DNA from: an uncultured Gammaproteobacteria bacterium
Lineage (GTDB): Bacteria > Patescibacteriota > Patescibacteriia > Magasanikbacterales > JBBTQS01
Assembly: GCA_964627055.1 (NCBI GenBank)
Contig: CAZVGV010000005.1
Span: 1-59,161 of the forward strand
Length of the DNA stretch: 59,161 nucleotides
Reading direction: 5' to 3'
Shown here: positions 14,853 through 25,774 of the stretch, piece after piece
Numbering within the stretch: the stretch's first letter is position 1
Layout: every line of letters starts with the position of its first letter
The notes under the pieces: generated by a model
Told to the model about the DNA's origin: nothing
Databases searched by the model: none
The model's input: the letters and a program-made list of their open reading frames with translations, nothing else
Position numbers and translations under genes: made by a program

Positions 14853-17360
14853 CTACACAATGGTCACGCTTGCCACCACATCCTTATCTTCCTTGAATCG
14901 CATGAGGCGAACGCCTTGTGTTGCGCGGCCAAGGACTGAGACTGTGGAGAGGGAGACACGAATGACCTGGCCCTTTTCAGAGATAAGGATCACATCCTTG
15001 GTTGCGGTGGAACGGACAACACGTGCGCTGACGATCGCGCCGGTCTTGTCCTTCACATTCGCCGTCTTGGTGCCCGAGCCGCCACGGGATTGTAATCGGT
15101 ATTCAGTGATGTCGGTGCGCTTGCCGTATCCGTTCTCGGTGACTACGAAGAGTTGGTATTCACCTTCCTTGAGTTTGCCTGGGGTGACATCCATACCAAC
15201 GATGTAGTCATTCTCATGAAGTCGCATGCCGCGCACACCGGCTGCGGTGCGTCCCATTGCGCGGATACCCTTTTCTTCGAAGCGAATCGACATGCCTTGT
15301 GCAGTGACGATCGTCACCTCGTCAGTGCCTGTGGTAGCACGCACCCAGCTGAGTTCGTCATCTTCGTGTAGGGTAATTGCAATAATTCCGGAGCGTCGAA
15401 CGTTCGCGAATGCTTCGATGCCTACCTTCTTCATGGTGCCCTTCTTGGTGACCATGATGAGGTATTTCTTATCAGCACCGACGACCACATCTTCATCTTT
15501 ATTCTCTTCTTCGGATACCCCAGCGTTCAGTGCGAGTACTGCCGAAACCTTCTCATTTGGCGCCAGCTGCAAGAAATTCACCAGTGCCTGACCACGAGCA
15601 GTACGTGAGGATTCTGGAATATCGTACGCCTTGGTTTGGAATACACGACCTCGTGATGTGAAGAAGAGGAGGTCAGCGTGCGTGGTGGTAGTCACCATGC
15701 TCTCCACCGTGTCTTCTTCCTTTGTAGTTACACCAATGACGCCCTTACCACCTCGGTGCTGGAGCTTGAAGGTGTCTGGTGCGATACGCTTGATGTAGTT
15801 GTCCTGGGTGATCATGAGGATCGCAGGAGCGTTCGGGATAAGATCCTCAGTCGAGAACTCCTTGATGCCGTGCTTGATAATTTGTGTGCGGCGTGCATCG
15901 CCAAACTGCTCGCGCATGGAAACAACTTCATCCTTGATAATGCCACGCATGCGCTTGACCGACGAGAGAATTGCTTCGCATTCCTTGATGAACTTTTGCT
16001 TTTCGCTGAGTTCGTTCTCGATCTTGAGACGCTCGAGGTTCGCGAGGTTCTGAAGACGCATGTCGAGGATGGCGTTGGCCTGAATCTCGGACAATTTGAA
16101 CTTTGCAATAAGGTTGGATCGTGCATCTTCGCGGTCTTTGGATGCCTTGATGACCTTGATGACCGCATCAATATTCGAGAGCGCAATCATGAGACCCTCG
16201 AGGATGTGTGCACGCTCACGAGCGCGATCGAGATCGTACTGGGTGCGGCGACGAACAACGTCCTCACGATGCTTCACATACTCTTCGAGCACCATCTTGA
16301 GATTGAGTACGCGTGGTTGGAGACCATCAACAAGTGCAAGCAAGTTCACGTGGAATGCGGTCTGCATCTGGGTGAGCTTGTAGAGCTGGTTGAGTACCTT
16401 CTTCGGATACGCGTCTTTCTTGAGATCGATTACGACACGAACACCATCCTTGTTCGACTCGTCGCGCAAGTCCTTGATGCCTTCGATGATCTTTTCCTTC
16501 ACAAGGTCCGCGATCTTTTCGATCATGGTGGCCTTGTTCACAAGGTATGGAATTTCTGTAACGATAATCGAGAAGTTGCCCTTGCTGTCTTCGACAATTT
16601 CGGCCTTTGCTCGTACGACGATACCACCACGTCCCGTGGAGTATGCAGCCTCGATATCTTTTACATTGTAAATAATACCACCGGTAGGGAAGTCAGGTCC
16701 CTTGATGAACTCCATGAGATCCGGAACGGTCGCGCTTGGGTTGTCTAGGAGATGCTCAATGGCGTGACATACCTCTGTAAGGTTGTGCGGAGGAATGTTG
16801 GTCGCCATACCAACAGCGATACCAACCGATCCGTTGATGAGCAGGTTGGGAAGACGAGCAGGGAGTACACGTGGTTCTTTGTGCGAACCGTCATAGTTAG
16901 GTGTGAACTCAACCGTATCCTTCTCAAGATCAAGGAGGAGTTCCTCTGAAATATGCGTGAGCTTGGCCTCGGTGTAACGCATTGCCGCAGCCGAGTCGCC
17001 GTCCATGGAACCGAAGTTACCTTGTCCAAGTACGAGCGGGTTGCGCATGGAGAAGTCCTGTGCGAGACGAACAAGCGAGTCATATACTGCCAAATCGCCG
17101 TGTGGGTGGTATTTACCAAGCACTTCACCGACTACGGTAGCAGACTTACGGAACTTCGCGCTTGGGCGCAATCCGATCTGCCACATCGCATAGAGAATGC
17201 GGCGGTGCACAGGTTTGAGTCCGTCACGTACATCAGGAAGAGCGCGAGATACGATAACGCTCATCGCGTAATCGAGGTAGGACTGCTCGACTTCGGTAAC
17301 AATGGAGCGTGCGTTGACTGTACCGATGAGATCTTGTCTTGGTTCTGGTGTTCCGGCCAT
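14853..17360 (-). CDS. gyrA: DNA gyrase subunit A
   Basis: [29 protein letters not shown], GyrA-box QHRGGKG, C-terminal pinwheel. Confidence 0.98.
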   Translation of the reverse strand: MAGTPEPRQDLIGTVNARSIVTEVEQSYLDYAMSVIVSRALPDVRDGLKPVHRRILYAMWQIGLRPSAKFRKSATVVGEVLGKYHPHGDLAVYDSLVRLAQDFSMRNPLVLGQGNFGSMDGDSAAAMRYTEAKLTHISEELLLDLEKDTVEFTPNYDGSHKEPRVLPARLPNLLINGSVGIAVGMATNIPPHNLTEVCHAIEHLLDNPSATVPDLMEFIKGPDFPTGGIIYNVKDIEAAYSTGRGGIVVRAKAEIVEDSKGNFSIIVTEIPYLVNKATMIEKIADLVKEKIIEGIKDLRDESNKDGVRVVIDLKKDAYPKKVLNQLYKLTQMQTAFHVNLLALVDGLQPRVLNLKMVLEEYVKHREDVVRRRTQYDLDRARERAHILEGLMIALSNIDAVIKVIKASKDREDARSNLIAKFKLSEIQANAILDMRLQNLANLERLKIENELSEKQKFIKECEAILSSVKRMRGIIKDEVVSMREQFGDARRTQIIKHGIKEFSTEDLIPNAPAILMITQDNYIKRIAPDTFKLQHRGGKGVIGVTTKEEDTVESMVTTTTHADLLFFTSRGRVFQTKAYDIPESSRTARGQALVNFLQLAPNEKVSAVLALNAGVSEEENKDEDVVVGADKKYLIMVTKKGTMKKVGIEAFANVRRSGIIAITLHEDDELSWVRATTGTDEVTIVTAQGMSIRFEEKGIRAMGRTAAGVRGMRLHENDYIVGMDVTPGKLKEGEYQLFVVTENGYGKRTDITEYRLQSRGGSGTKTANVKDKTGAIVSARVVRSTATKDVILISEKGQVIRVSLSTVSVLGRATQGVRLMRFKEDKDVVASVTIV

Positions 17361-17361
17361 A

Positions 17362-17601
17362 TTAGCGAGTGGTTGATGTAGTCGACGTTGGTGTCATCGT
17401 GCTTGGGATGGACGTCGATGGTACTGGTGTTGATGTTGGGGTGATCAAGAGTGCTTCTAGTGGTGCGAGATCTGCTTGATCTAATGGACGAGCTCGTTCG
17501 TGTGTCTTGAGACCAACCATGGCGTAGGTGGCGATAGCAACGACTACCAGCGCACCCAGGAGGAGATAGAGCATCAGTTGGCGGTCACTCGAATGTGCCA
17601 T
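17362..17601 (-). CDS. Small membrane-anchored hypothetical protein
   Basis: One hydrophobic N-terminal helix, Thr/Pro/Ser-rich tail; tightly packed in the operon. Confidence 0.6.
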   Translation of the reverse strand: MAHSSDRQLMLYLLLGALVVVAIATYAMVGLKTHERARPLDQADLAPLEALLITPTSTPVPSTSIPSTMTPTSTTSTTR

Positions 17602-17604
17602 AGA

Positions 17605-18198
17605 TTAGGAGCGCGTAAGGATGATGGTTGTCATTGTTGCCTCAGGGAGATCTTTCTTGCGCAGCTTCGCTCGTTCTTCTCTTTGAGGGTCTGTGACACC
17701 GATCTGCTTGAGGAATGCTGCGGAATCGTCGTGACAGATTGGAATAAGTACACGAGGTTCAATTTGGGTTACAAGCTCAGCTGCCTTGTCTGCAGCAAGC
17801 GAGCCGTTGCCACCCACGGGTACGAAGAGTACGTCGACGCCATCAAGTTCTGCAGCGGTCGCCTCGTCGAGTTTTTGGTCAATTGCTCCGAGATGCGCGC
17901 AGGTGAGGTCTTCAACGGAGAAACGGTAGATGACGGGCGCAGACGTGCTTTGGGTTGCAAAACCAACTACAGCAACATCGTGCGTCTCGTATTCACCAGG
18001 GTGTTCAATAGTGTATGGATCCTTCGCACCATTGACGATTGCTTCGGAGCCGCGGGTGAGTAATACCACCTCAGCATTGTGTGCGCGAGAAATCGCAATT
18101 TCCTTGGATTGGTAGGGGTCGATGAGGACGGTTGCGTTTTCCTCGCCTCGCTTATATTCAATTTTAATCGTGGACGCGCCGAGCCAGCTGACAAACAT
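17605..18198 (-). CDS. Metallo-beta-lactamase-fold protein with degenerate metal motif
   Basis: WLG.S.IKI, LIDPY, PGEYE, HLG, DVLFVPVGG, IEPRV.IP. Confidence 0.8.
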   Translation of the reverse strand: MFVSWLGASTIKIEYKRGEENATVLIDPYQSKEIAISRAHNAEVVLLTRGSEAIVNGAKDPYTIEHPGEYETHDVAVVGFATQSTSAPVIYRFSVEDLTCAHLGAIDQKLDEATAAELDGVDVLFVPVGGNGSLAADKAAELVTQIEPRVLIPICHDDSAAFLKQIGVTDPQREERAKLRKKDLPEATMTTIILTRS

Positions 18199-18290
18199 AG
18201 TTGGATTGATACGCGTGTAGTGTACCTAAAGGGGGGTTGCATTGACAATAGACGAGCCTGTGGCCCTTGGACCAGTAGAACCAAGAGAAG

Positions 18291-18319
18291 TTGACAGGTT
18301 ACCCCAAATCACCTATGCT
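18291..18319 (+). promoter_or_regulatory. rpsA promoter
   Basis: TTGACA-N17-TATGCT. Confidence 0.7.
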
Positions 18320-18384
18320 GTGTGTACTCATTATTCAAGGCGCAGGCGCGCCACTCGGAGTCCTCCGGGCTAACATTTTGTGCT

Positions 18385-19512
18385 ATGTCTACAGCAAAAT
18401 GGGAAGAGAAAAAGGACAGCGAATTTGGAAAGTTACTTGAGAACTATTTTAGCGCGTTGCCATCAGTTGGCGACACGGTTACGGGTACCGTACTCTCGGT
18501 GAGCAAGGGCGAGGTTCGCCTCGACATCAATGGTCTTGTGACAGGTGTGATTCGTGGAGCAGAAATGTTCAACGAAGCAACGGAGTACGCAGGCCTCAAG
18601 ATCGGCGACTCGATCGAAGCAACAGTACTTGAAGCAGAAAATGAAAACGGCGAAATGGAACTCTCGTTCCGCGTCGCAGGACACCGCAAGGCATGGGATT
18701 CCATGCTTGGACTCTCGAAGTCTGGCGAAATTGTGGATGTAAAGATCTACGATGCGAACAAGGGTGGTCTTATGGCACAGCTTGGTGCACTGCGCGGGTT
18801 TATCCCAGTGTCCCAGCTTTCGCCTGAGCACTATCCACGTGTTCCAGGTGGCGACAAGCAGAAGATTTTTGATCGCCTTAAGGAATATGTAGGAAGCACA
18901 TTCCGCACGAAGGTGCTCGACGTGAATGAGAAGGAAAGCAAGATTATCTTCTCGGAGAAAGCGGTTTGGGAAGACGAGCAGAAGAGCATCATTGATTCCT
19001 ATAAGGTAGGTGATATTGTAGAAGGTGAAGTATCGGCACTTACGAGCTTTGGTGCATTTGTGCGCTTTGGTGAGCTCGAAGGCCTTGTACACATCAGCGA
19101 ACTTGCATGGCAGCGCATCGACCACCCACGTGATGTGGTGAAGGTTGGTGACAAGGTCAGCGCAAAGGTGATTCAGATCGACGGCAGCAAGATTTTCCTC
19201 TCGATGAAGCAGTTGATGGAAGATCCATGGGCAAGCGTTGCATCGAAGTACACGGTTGGCACGCTCGTAAAGGGTAAGGTACTCAAGGTAAATCCATTCG
19301 GCCTCTTCGTAGAGCTCGACAAGGATATCCACGGCCTTGCACACGTGAGCGAATTGTCTGACAGCCCAATTGATATCAATACATTTGCGAAGCCAGGTGA
19401 TGTCCTCGAGTTCGAGATCGTTACCATCGAACCGAAGGAGCATCGTTTGGGTCTGCGCATCCCAGGTGTGAAGGGGAACACGCCTGTTGCAGACGAGAAG
19501 AAAGACGCGTAA
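18385..19512 (+). CDS. rpsA: 30S ribosomal protein S1 (four S1 domains)
   Basis: Repeated S1 motifs (G.V.G.V, FGAFV, EGLVHISEL). Confidence 0.95.
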   Translation: MSTAKWEEKKDSEFGKLLENYFSALPSVGDTVTGTVLSVSKGEVRLDINGLVTGVIRGAEMFNEATEYAGLKIGDSIEATVLEAENENGEMELSFRVAGHRKAWDSMLGLSKSGEIVDVKIYDANKGGLMAQLGALRGFIPVSQLSPEHYPRVPGGDKQKIFDRLKEYVGSTFRTKVLDVNEKESKIIFSEKAVWEDEQKSIIDSYKVGDIVEGEVSALTSFGAFVRFGELEGLVHISELAWQRIDHPRDVVKVGDKVSAKVIQIDGSKIFLSMKQLMEDPWASVASKYTVGTLVKGKVLKVNPFGLFVELDKDIHGLAHVSELSDSPIDINTFAKPGDVLEFEIVTIEPKEHRLGLRIPGVKGNTPVADEKKDA

Positions 19513-19522
19513 ATCATTCACG

Positions 19523-19555
19523 CTACGCCCCGGCATCAGTCGGGGCGTAGTCGTT
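19523..19555 (+). terminator. Hairpin/terminator after rpsA
   Basis: CTACGCCCCG/CGGGGCGTAG stem, weak T-run. Confidence 0.55.
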
Positions 19556-19567
19556 TAGTCGTATCGT

Positions 19568-21412
19568 ATGTCCACGCTTGTCAAAAATATCACCCTTACG
19601 ATAGGTGCGCTCCTGTTGCTTGCAGGAGTATTTCAATTTTTGCCCTTTGGCAAAGTTGAGCCTGAGAACATTACCATCGAAACACTCGTAGGGGAGATTA
19701 AGAAAAACGAAGTTGAGAAGGTGCTTGTTGAGGGCGGCATGATTACGGTGACCCGTCGTGACAGCACACCTGATGACAATCAGACACCAGCGCCACAGGT
19801 GCTGCACAAGGAGCCAGGCGAGAAGTTGTCTGATTTGTTGACCAATTACGGTGTGAAGCCTGAAGAGCTTGCACAGTTCAAGACTGAGGTGAAGACAGAG
19901 TCCGGCTTTCGGTATTGGGCGGGTTCGGTGTTGCCATTTGCATTACCAATATTGCTGTTCGTAGTACTCATGTACTTCATGGCGCGACAGGTATCAGGCG
20001 CGAATTCGCGCGCAATGATGTTCGGTCAGTCTCCAGCTCGAGAACAAGAAGAAGATGAGAAGAGCAAGGTGACGTTCGGGGACGTAGCGGGCATGAAGGA
20101 AGCGAAGAATGAGCTTGAAGAAGTAGTTGATTTTTTGAAGAATCCTGCACGATTTAGTGAGATGGGAGCAAAGATCCCGAAGGGTGTGCTCCTGATGGGT
20201 TCGCCTGGTACTGGTAAGACATTGCTTGCAAAGGCAGTAGCAGGTGAGGCTGGTGTGCCATTCTTGCACATGTCAGGGTCTGAATTCGTAGAAATGTTCG
20301 TGGGTGTTGGTGCATCACGCGTGCGTGATCTCTTCCGCCGTGCGCTTAAGGTTGCACCAGCCATCATCTTCATTGATGAAATCGACGCGGTTGGACGTCG
20401 TCGTGGTGCAGGACTTGGTGGTTCGCACGATGAGCGAGAGCAGACACTCAACCAAATTCTTGTAGAGATGGATGGGTTTGCACCAAATGCAGGTGTCATC
20501 GTTATTGCAGCTACCAACCGTGCTGATGTCCTGGATCCAGCATTGCTTCGTCCAGGTCGATTTGATCGTCGTGTAACCGTTACACCTCCGGACATTAATG
20601 ATCGCGAGGCAATTCTCAAGATTCATGCAGCTAATAAACCGCTTGCTGAGGAAGTAGATCTCCGTCAGATTGCGCAGCGAACTCCTGGGTTTACCGGTGC
20701 TGATTTGGCGAATTTGCTGAACGAAGCTGCAATTGTGACGGTTCGTCGCGGAGAGAAGCGCATCACGAGTCGCTCAATTCTTGAGAGTATCGAAAAGGTA
20801 TTGCTCGGGCCGGAGCGCAAGAGTCGTGTTATGTCAGAGAAGGATCGCAAGATGACTGCGTACCACGAGGCAGGTCACGCTGTCGTAGGCTTCTTCAGTG
20901 AACATGCAGATCCGGTGCGCAAGATATCGATTATTTCGCGTGGTCATGCAGGCGGGTACACGCTCAAGATGCCTAGCGAGGACAAGAATTACCATACGAA
21001 GGCTGAGTTTCTTGCTGATATTGCGGTTGCACTGGGTGGGTATGTCGCTGAGAAGATGATTTACGGCGAGGATAATGTATCGACAGGACCAAGCAGCGAT
21101 TTGCGTACCGCAACGCAATTGGCGCGGTCATTGGTCATGGACTATGGTATGAGTGATGCGCTTGGGCAGCGCACGTACGGTGCTCGTGAGGACCTTATCT
21201 TCTTGGGACGTGAGATCCATGAGCAGCGTGATTACTCAGAAAAAGTCGCAGAACAGATTGATGCTGAAGTACAACGTGTCATTGCCGAGGCACGCAAGCG
21301 CGCAGAGGATATTCTCACGAAGCATCGTTCGAAGGTGGATGCTTTGGTGACAGAGTTATTGAAGAATGAGAGTGTCGAACAAGGTGAGTTCGAAGCAATC
21401 ATGAAGGCGTAA
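19568..21412 (+). CDS. ftsH: ATP-dependent zinc metalloprotease FtsH
   Basis: Two TM helices, [27 protein letters not shown]. Confidence 0.98.
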   Translation: MSTLVKNITLTIGALLLLAGVFQFLPFGKVEPENITIETLVGEIKKNEVEKVLVEGGMITVTRRDSTPDDNQTPAPQVLHKEPGEKLSDLLTNYGVKPEELAQFKTEVKTESGFRYWAGSVLPFALPILLFVVLMYFMARQVSGANSRAMMFGQSPAREQEEDEKSKVTFGDVAGMKEAKNELEEVVDFLKNPARFSEMGAKIPKGVLLMGSPGTGKTLLAKAVAGEAGVPFLHMSGSEFVEMFVGVGASRVRDLFRRALKVAPAIIFIDEIDAVGRRRGAGLGGSHDEREQTLNQILVEMDGFAPNAGVIVIAATNRADVLDPALLRPGRFDRRVTVTPPDINDREAILKIHAANKPLAEEVDLRQIAQRTPGFTGADLANLLNEAAIVTVRRGEKRITSRSILESIEKVLLGPERKSRVMSEKDRKMTAYHEAGHAVVGFFSEHADPVRKISIISRGHAGGYTLKMPSEDKNYHTKAEFLADIAVALGGYVAEKMIYGEDNVSTGPSSDLRTATQLARSLVMDYGMSDALGQRTYGAREDLIFLGREIHEQRDYSEKVAEQIDAEVQRVIAEARKRAEDILTKHRSKVDALVTELLKNESVEQGEFEAIMKA

Positions 21413-21486
21413 GACAAGAAAAGAATAGAGCGAGAGAAAAAAGTGTGGTATACTTGTACCACACTTTTTTCCTCATCAATCGAGGT

Positions 21487-22485
21487 ATGCCCATTTCCAA
21501 GACCACGAAGGCCAAGCCTTTGTACGCTGTAGTGCTCCGTGACGCATGGCGGTTCACATGGCACCATCCCATGTTGTGGCTTTTGGGGTTCTTTGCGCTT
21601 TTTATCGGACACACGGGTGTTTTTGAAATTATTGGGTTCGTAACAAACGAACTCAATGGACAGGCTGTATCTACATTTAGCTCTGGTCCTGTTGGTTCTG
21701 TCATTATCCCAACAATTTTTGGTTCACAGTTGCTTGGTCTTGGTGGAGTGGGGATGTTGTTGGTGATTCGTATCCTTATTGCCATCATGATTGTTGTTGC
21801 TGCGGTTGCAAGTTCAGCGGCGCTCATTCACGCAGCACGCAAATATCACGAGGATGAACTCGAGACATTGCAGGAGTCTTGGCATCATGGAGTGCGACAT
21901 TTCTGGCCGGTATTGTTTTTGAATATTTTTAAGAAAGCTTGGATCTTTGGTACGGTCTGGTTGCTACGTATCCCACTTGGGCATCTCCTGCGAGAGGATG
22001 CAGCAGGTTGGTACACTGCACTTTTTGTGACGGAATTTGTAGTGGCGATTTTGCTTGCGTTGCTGGTTTCCTTTGTGGTCAACTATGCATCGATGTACAT
22101 CATCCTCGAGGAGGAGCATCTTGGGCGCGCAGTTGCAGATGGGTGGGCAACACTGCGTAAGCATTGGTTGATTTCGTTTGAAATGGGCGTACTCCTTCTC
22201 GTATTTCAAGCGTTGGTTGGTATTCTTACCGTGTACTCATTCTACTTCGTGTTTGGTTCGTTTGCTGGACTTACAATGGTAGCGAGCATGTTGAATGCTC
22301 CGGGGTTGGTTGCAACAGGATTCCTTGTGCATGTCTTCATGTGGTTCCTGTTCGTGAGCTGGGTAGGTGCGGTGTTTACAACGTTTGCGGTTAGCTCGTG
22401 GACGATTTTGTATACGCATTTCAAGAACAATAAGTCGGCGATTGGTTTCTTGCGCCGTGTGTTCCACCTTGCATTCCATGCCTGA
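21487..22485 (+). CDS. Polytopic membrane protein of unknown function
   Basis: About 6-7 hydrophobic helices; coupled to the ATPase gene. Confidence 0.75.
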   Translation: MPISKTTKAKPLYAVVLRDAWRFTWHHPMLWLLGFFALFIGHTGVFEIIGFVTNELNGQAVSTFSSGPVGSVIIPTIFGSQLLGLGGVGMLLVIRILIAIMIVVAAVASSAALIHAARKYHEDELETLQESWHHGVRHFWPVLFLNIFKKAWIFGTVWLLRIPLGHLLREDAAGWYTALFVTEFVVAILLALLVSFVVNYASMYIILEEEHLGRAVADGWATLRKHWLISFEMGVLLLVFQALVGILTVYSFYFVFGSFAGLTMVASMLNAPGLVATGFLVHVFMWFLFVSWVGAVFTTFAVSSWTILYTHFKNNKSAIGFLRRVFHLAFHA

Positions 22486-24163
22486 TACCTCGCATCCCAT
22501 TCTTCATATTCAAGAGGCTGGTGCGGCTGACAAGTTTGCGAAGAAGATGCAGCAGCTTCAACATGATAACTCTGAGGTTCTTGCCGCAAATGTCGCAGCA
22601 ACTTCGGGGGTGTCTTATATTGATTTGCGCCGATTTCCGATTGTCCCAGAGGCGCTTGGGATGATTCCAGAAGAGCAGGCTCGTGAATTGCAGGTCGTGG
22701 CGTTCTATCGTGATACAGACTCATTTCGGTTGGCTGCAATCAATCCTACCGATACGCGTGTAACTGACCTGCAAATGGCACTGGAACAACAGTTCCATGT
22801 GAAGGGCGGTATGTACGCGCTTTCGACGACTTCGTTAGAGAAAGCGCTCGCACTCTATAAGGCGATTCCAAAGATCAAGGAAGTCTCACGTGATGTAAGT
22901 ATTGATGAGGCAACACTGCAGAAGTTTCGTGCTGAAGTACAGTCCTTCGACGCACTACGCGCGAAGGTGGGAACCGTAAATACAACAGATGTCGTTGCGT
23001 TGGTTCTGGCAAGCGCAGTGAATAATCGCGCATCGGATGTACACGTGGAAGCAGAAAAAGAGGGGATCGCGGTACGATTGCGCCTGGATGGTGTGCTCCA
23101 AGATGTGGCGACGGTAGATCCGTCCCGGTGGAAGCAGATTATTTCGCGTATTAAATTGATTTCTGGGCTCAAGATCAATAGCACAGATCGTCCACAAGAC
23201 GGCCGTTTTACGATTAAGATTGATGGTGTGGAAGTGGATGTGCGTGTTTCGACCATCCCCACGGTGTTTGGTGAGTCTGTAGTAATGCGTCTTTTGCGTC
23301 CGATGACGGATAAGATCACCGTTGAGGGGATGGGGCTTGCGGGTAAGGCGCTTGCAGATGTGACCGCTGCGATGGCCAAGCCAAACGGCATGATAATCAC
23401 CACAGGTCCTACAGGTTCTGGTAAGACAACCACGTTGTACACGATGTTGCGACAGCTCAACACTGCCGATGTGAAGATCATCACCCTCGAAGATCCTGTA
23501 GAATACAAACTTGAGGGTATTGCACAGAGTCAGATCGATGCATCACATGATTACACGTTTGCCAAGGGGTTGCGCTCGATCCTTCGTCAGGATCCAGATA
23601 TCGTGATGGTAGGTGAAATCCGTGATCTGGAAACTGCAGAGGTTGCAATTCAGGCGGCTCTCACTGGCCACTTGATGCTCTCGACCATTCATACCAACTC
23701 GGCACCAGGCGCAATTCCACGTTTCCTCTCTATGGGAGTGAAGCCATTTTTGCTCGCACCTGCGCTGTCGGTTGTACTGGGGCAGAGACTGGTGCGTAAG
23801 CTTTGTGATGCTTGTAAGCAACCTGCGGTTCCAGACGCAGCACAGCTTGCGCAAGCACAGCAGCTTGTTGCGGCAATTTCTCCCAAGAGTGGTATCACGG
23901 TGGATCTCGCGAAGGCAACATGGTTCGGTCCGAAAGGGTGCGAAGCCTGTGGCAACTTGGGATTCAAGGGGAGACTTGGTATATTTGAGGTACTGGTGAT
24001 GAGTGATGCAATCAAGGACATTATGGGTACGGCCGATGTACCCGAGCACCATGTGTCACGCGTTGCAGTCGAAGAAGGAATGGTCCCGATGATCACTGAC
24101 GGAATTATTAAGGCAAGTCAGGGGATTACGACCATTGACGAAGTGCTGCGCGTAGCTGCGTAG
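22478..24163 (+). CDS. GspE/PilB-family type IV pilus/secretion ATPase
   Basis: ASDVHVE, PQDGRF, GPTGSGKTT, EDPVEY, LRQDPD, GEIRD, CxxC/CxxC zinc motif. Confidence 0.95.
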   Translation: MPDTSHPILHIQEAGAADKFAKKMQQLQHDNSEVLAANVAATSGVSYIDLRRFPIVPEALGMIPEEQARELQVVAFYRDTDSFRLAAINPTDTRVTDLQMALEQQFHVKGGMYALSTTSLEKALALYKAIPKIKEVSRDVSIDEATLQKFRAEVQSFDALRAKVGTVNTTDVVALVLASAVNNRASDVHVEAEKEGIAVRLRLDGVLQDVATVDPSRWKQIISRIKLISGLKINSTDRPQDGRFTIKIDGVEVDVRVSTIPTVFGESVVMRLLRPMTDKITVEGMGLAGKALADVTAAMAKPNGMIITTGPTGSGKTTTLYTMLRQLNTADVKIITLEDPVEYKLEGIAQSQIDASHDYTFAKGLRSILRQDPDIVMVGEIRDLETAEVAIQAALTGHLMLSTIHTNSAPGAIPRFLSMGVKPFLLAPALSVVLGQRLVRKLCDACKQPAVPDAAQLAQAQQLVAAISPKSGITVDLAKATWFGPKGCEACGNLGFKGRLGIFEVLVMSDAIKDIMGTADVPEHHVSRVAVEEGMVPMITDGIIKASQGITTIDEVLRVAA

Positions 24164-24202
24164 CTCTCATGATTTTTCAAACTTTTTTGGAGGGACATTT
24201 GT

Positions 24203-25543
24203 ATGGCACCACGCAAAAAAATGGATGAGGTCGAAGATATCTTTGCCCCAAGTAGCGCCAAGCGGGTCAAGATACCAAAACGAACTACACCACCACGTGG
24301 TGTAGAGTCGCCACGACATGAGCGGCATACCATTGTATTACAAAGCATGACAGAGGAACGCGCACGACGTGAGGAGCGCACGATGCGGCCTATGCAAAAT
24401 CATATTGCGTTATATCGTAATATTGCACTCGGTTTCTTTGTCGTAACGCTGTTGTTATTAGGTGGTATTTTTTTCACTTCTGTGCGCAAGGCGACGGTAG
24501 ATATTACGTATACACCGGCAAAAATTTCGTTTACTGATGTGGTGCAGTTGGGGAAGAACCGTGGACAAGACGGTAGGACTATCGCGGGGAGCGTCGAAGT
24601 GAAGCCTGTCACACTCACCAAAACATACACACCGAATGGGAGTGAGAAAATAGAGATACCGATTACTGGTGTGGTTCGGATTAAAAACGAAACAGCACGC
24701 AGTCAACCTCTAGTGAAGACTACACGACTGCTCACGGCAGATGGTAAGCTCTATCGACTTACCAACAGTGTCGTGATTCCAGCCAATGGTGAACTCAAGG
24801 ATGTGGCCGTGTATGCTGATGTTGTAGGACCGGGGCAGAGTGTTGCCGCAAACACATCATTCACTATTCCAGGGTTGTGGGAGCCGGTACAGAAGAAGAT
24901 CTATGCCGTCGCAGATGGTGAGCTCAAAGGCGGTATTGATGAACGTGGTGTTGTTACGCAGTCTGATGTACAGAAGGCGGAAGCAGACATCCGAACAGCA
25001 CTCGTGTTGCAGGCACAGGGAGATGTCCAGAATACAGATACAAACGCAGCATTTACAGTGTCGAGTGTTACATTAGATGGTCTCCAGCTCGAGCGAAAGG
25101 CTGAACCTGGGAAAACGGTTGGGCCATTTACTGTGACTGCACGTGCTAAAGCAGTAGTGGTGCGATACAACGGGTCACAGCTTGCGGATATGGTGCGCAC
25201 ACGCATTGCGACTCAGCCAGTAGAACCTCACGCTCGTGTTGACTTTGATGCAGCACAAATGACGGTGCGTGTGGAGTCGTACGATACTATTCGTGGTGAA
25301 GCGCAACTGTCGTTACTTGTGCCACTGGTAAAAGTACTTCGTCAGGACGCAGACGCGCTTGCCCCTGAGCAGTTTGCAGGCAAATCTCGTGAGGACATCG
25401 ACGCACTTGTGAAGGAATTGCAGGGCGTCGAGAATGTACGCACTGATGTGACGTTCTTCCCGTACTGGATTACTAAGGTTCCCTCTGTTGGCGGCACGGT
25501 TGAGGTGCAGTTACACATGGTGCCTGATACGGACAAGAAGTAG
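24203..25543 (+). CDS. Membrane-anchored beta-rich protein (possibly baseplate-J-like domain)
   Basis: Basic disordered N-term, single TM, G.V.I.N...Q.LV.TTRL pattern; domain call from memory. Confidence 0.65.
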   Translation: MAPRKKMDEVEDIFAPSSAKRVKIPKRTTPPRGVESPRHERHTIVLQSMTEERARREERTMRPMQNHIALYRNIALGFFVVTLLLLGGIFFTSVRKATVDITYTPAKISFTDVVQLGKNRGQDGRTIAGSVEVKPVTLTKTYTPNGSEKIEIPITGVVRIKNETARSQPLVKTTRLLTADGKLYRLTNSVVIPANGELKDVAVYADVVGPGQSVAANTSFTIPGLWEPVQKKIYAVADGELKGGIDERGVVTQSDVQKAEADIRTALVLQAQGDVQNTDTNAAFTVSSVTLDGLQLERKAEPGKTVGPFTVTARAKAVVVRYNGSQLADMVRTRIATQPVEPHARVDFDAAQMTVRVESYDTIRGEAQLSLLVPLVKVLRQDADALAPEQFAGKSREDIDALVKELQGVENVRTDVTFFPYWITKVPSVGGTVEVQLHMVPDTDKK

Positions 25544-25551
25544 TGCGGGAT

Positions 25552-25770
25552 TTATTCTTTGATTGTCGCGGTATAGCCCAGTGTTGCGATTTTTGCGACA
25601 ATCTCTTCAGATGAAATGTGAACGGGGTCGTACGTAATGGTCGCCTCGCTCTTTGCGTAATTGGTCGACGCAGATTCAACCGCTCCTGTATCTTCGAGTT
25701 CGCCATCGATGTTCATGGCACAGCTGACGCAGTGCATGCCGGTAATAGAAAGAGTGATCGTTTTTGACAT
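25552..25770 (-). CDS. copZ: Copper chaperone CopZ (HMA domain)
   Basis: GMHCVSC motif, 72 aa. Confidence 0.9.
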   Translation of the reverse strand: MSKTITLSITGMHCVSCAMNIDGELEDTGAVESASTNYAKSEATITYDPVHISSEEIVAKIATLGYTATIKE

Positions 25771-25774
25771 ACGT

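Noticed and set aside
15678-16748. Long antisense ORFs (e.g. 15678..16748 +, 18463..19536 -, 56940..57623 +, 58211..59146 +)
   Set aside because: They are shadows of well-supported genes on the opposite strand, with no motifs, SD or promoter; this is expected from codon bias
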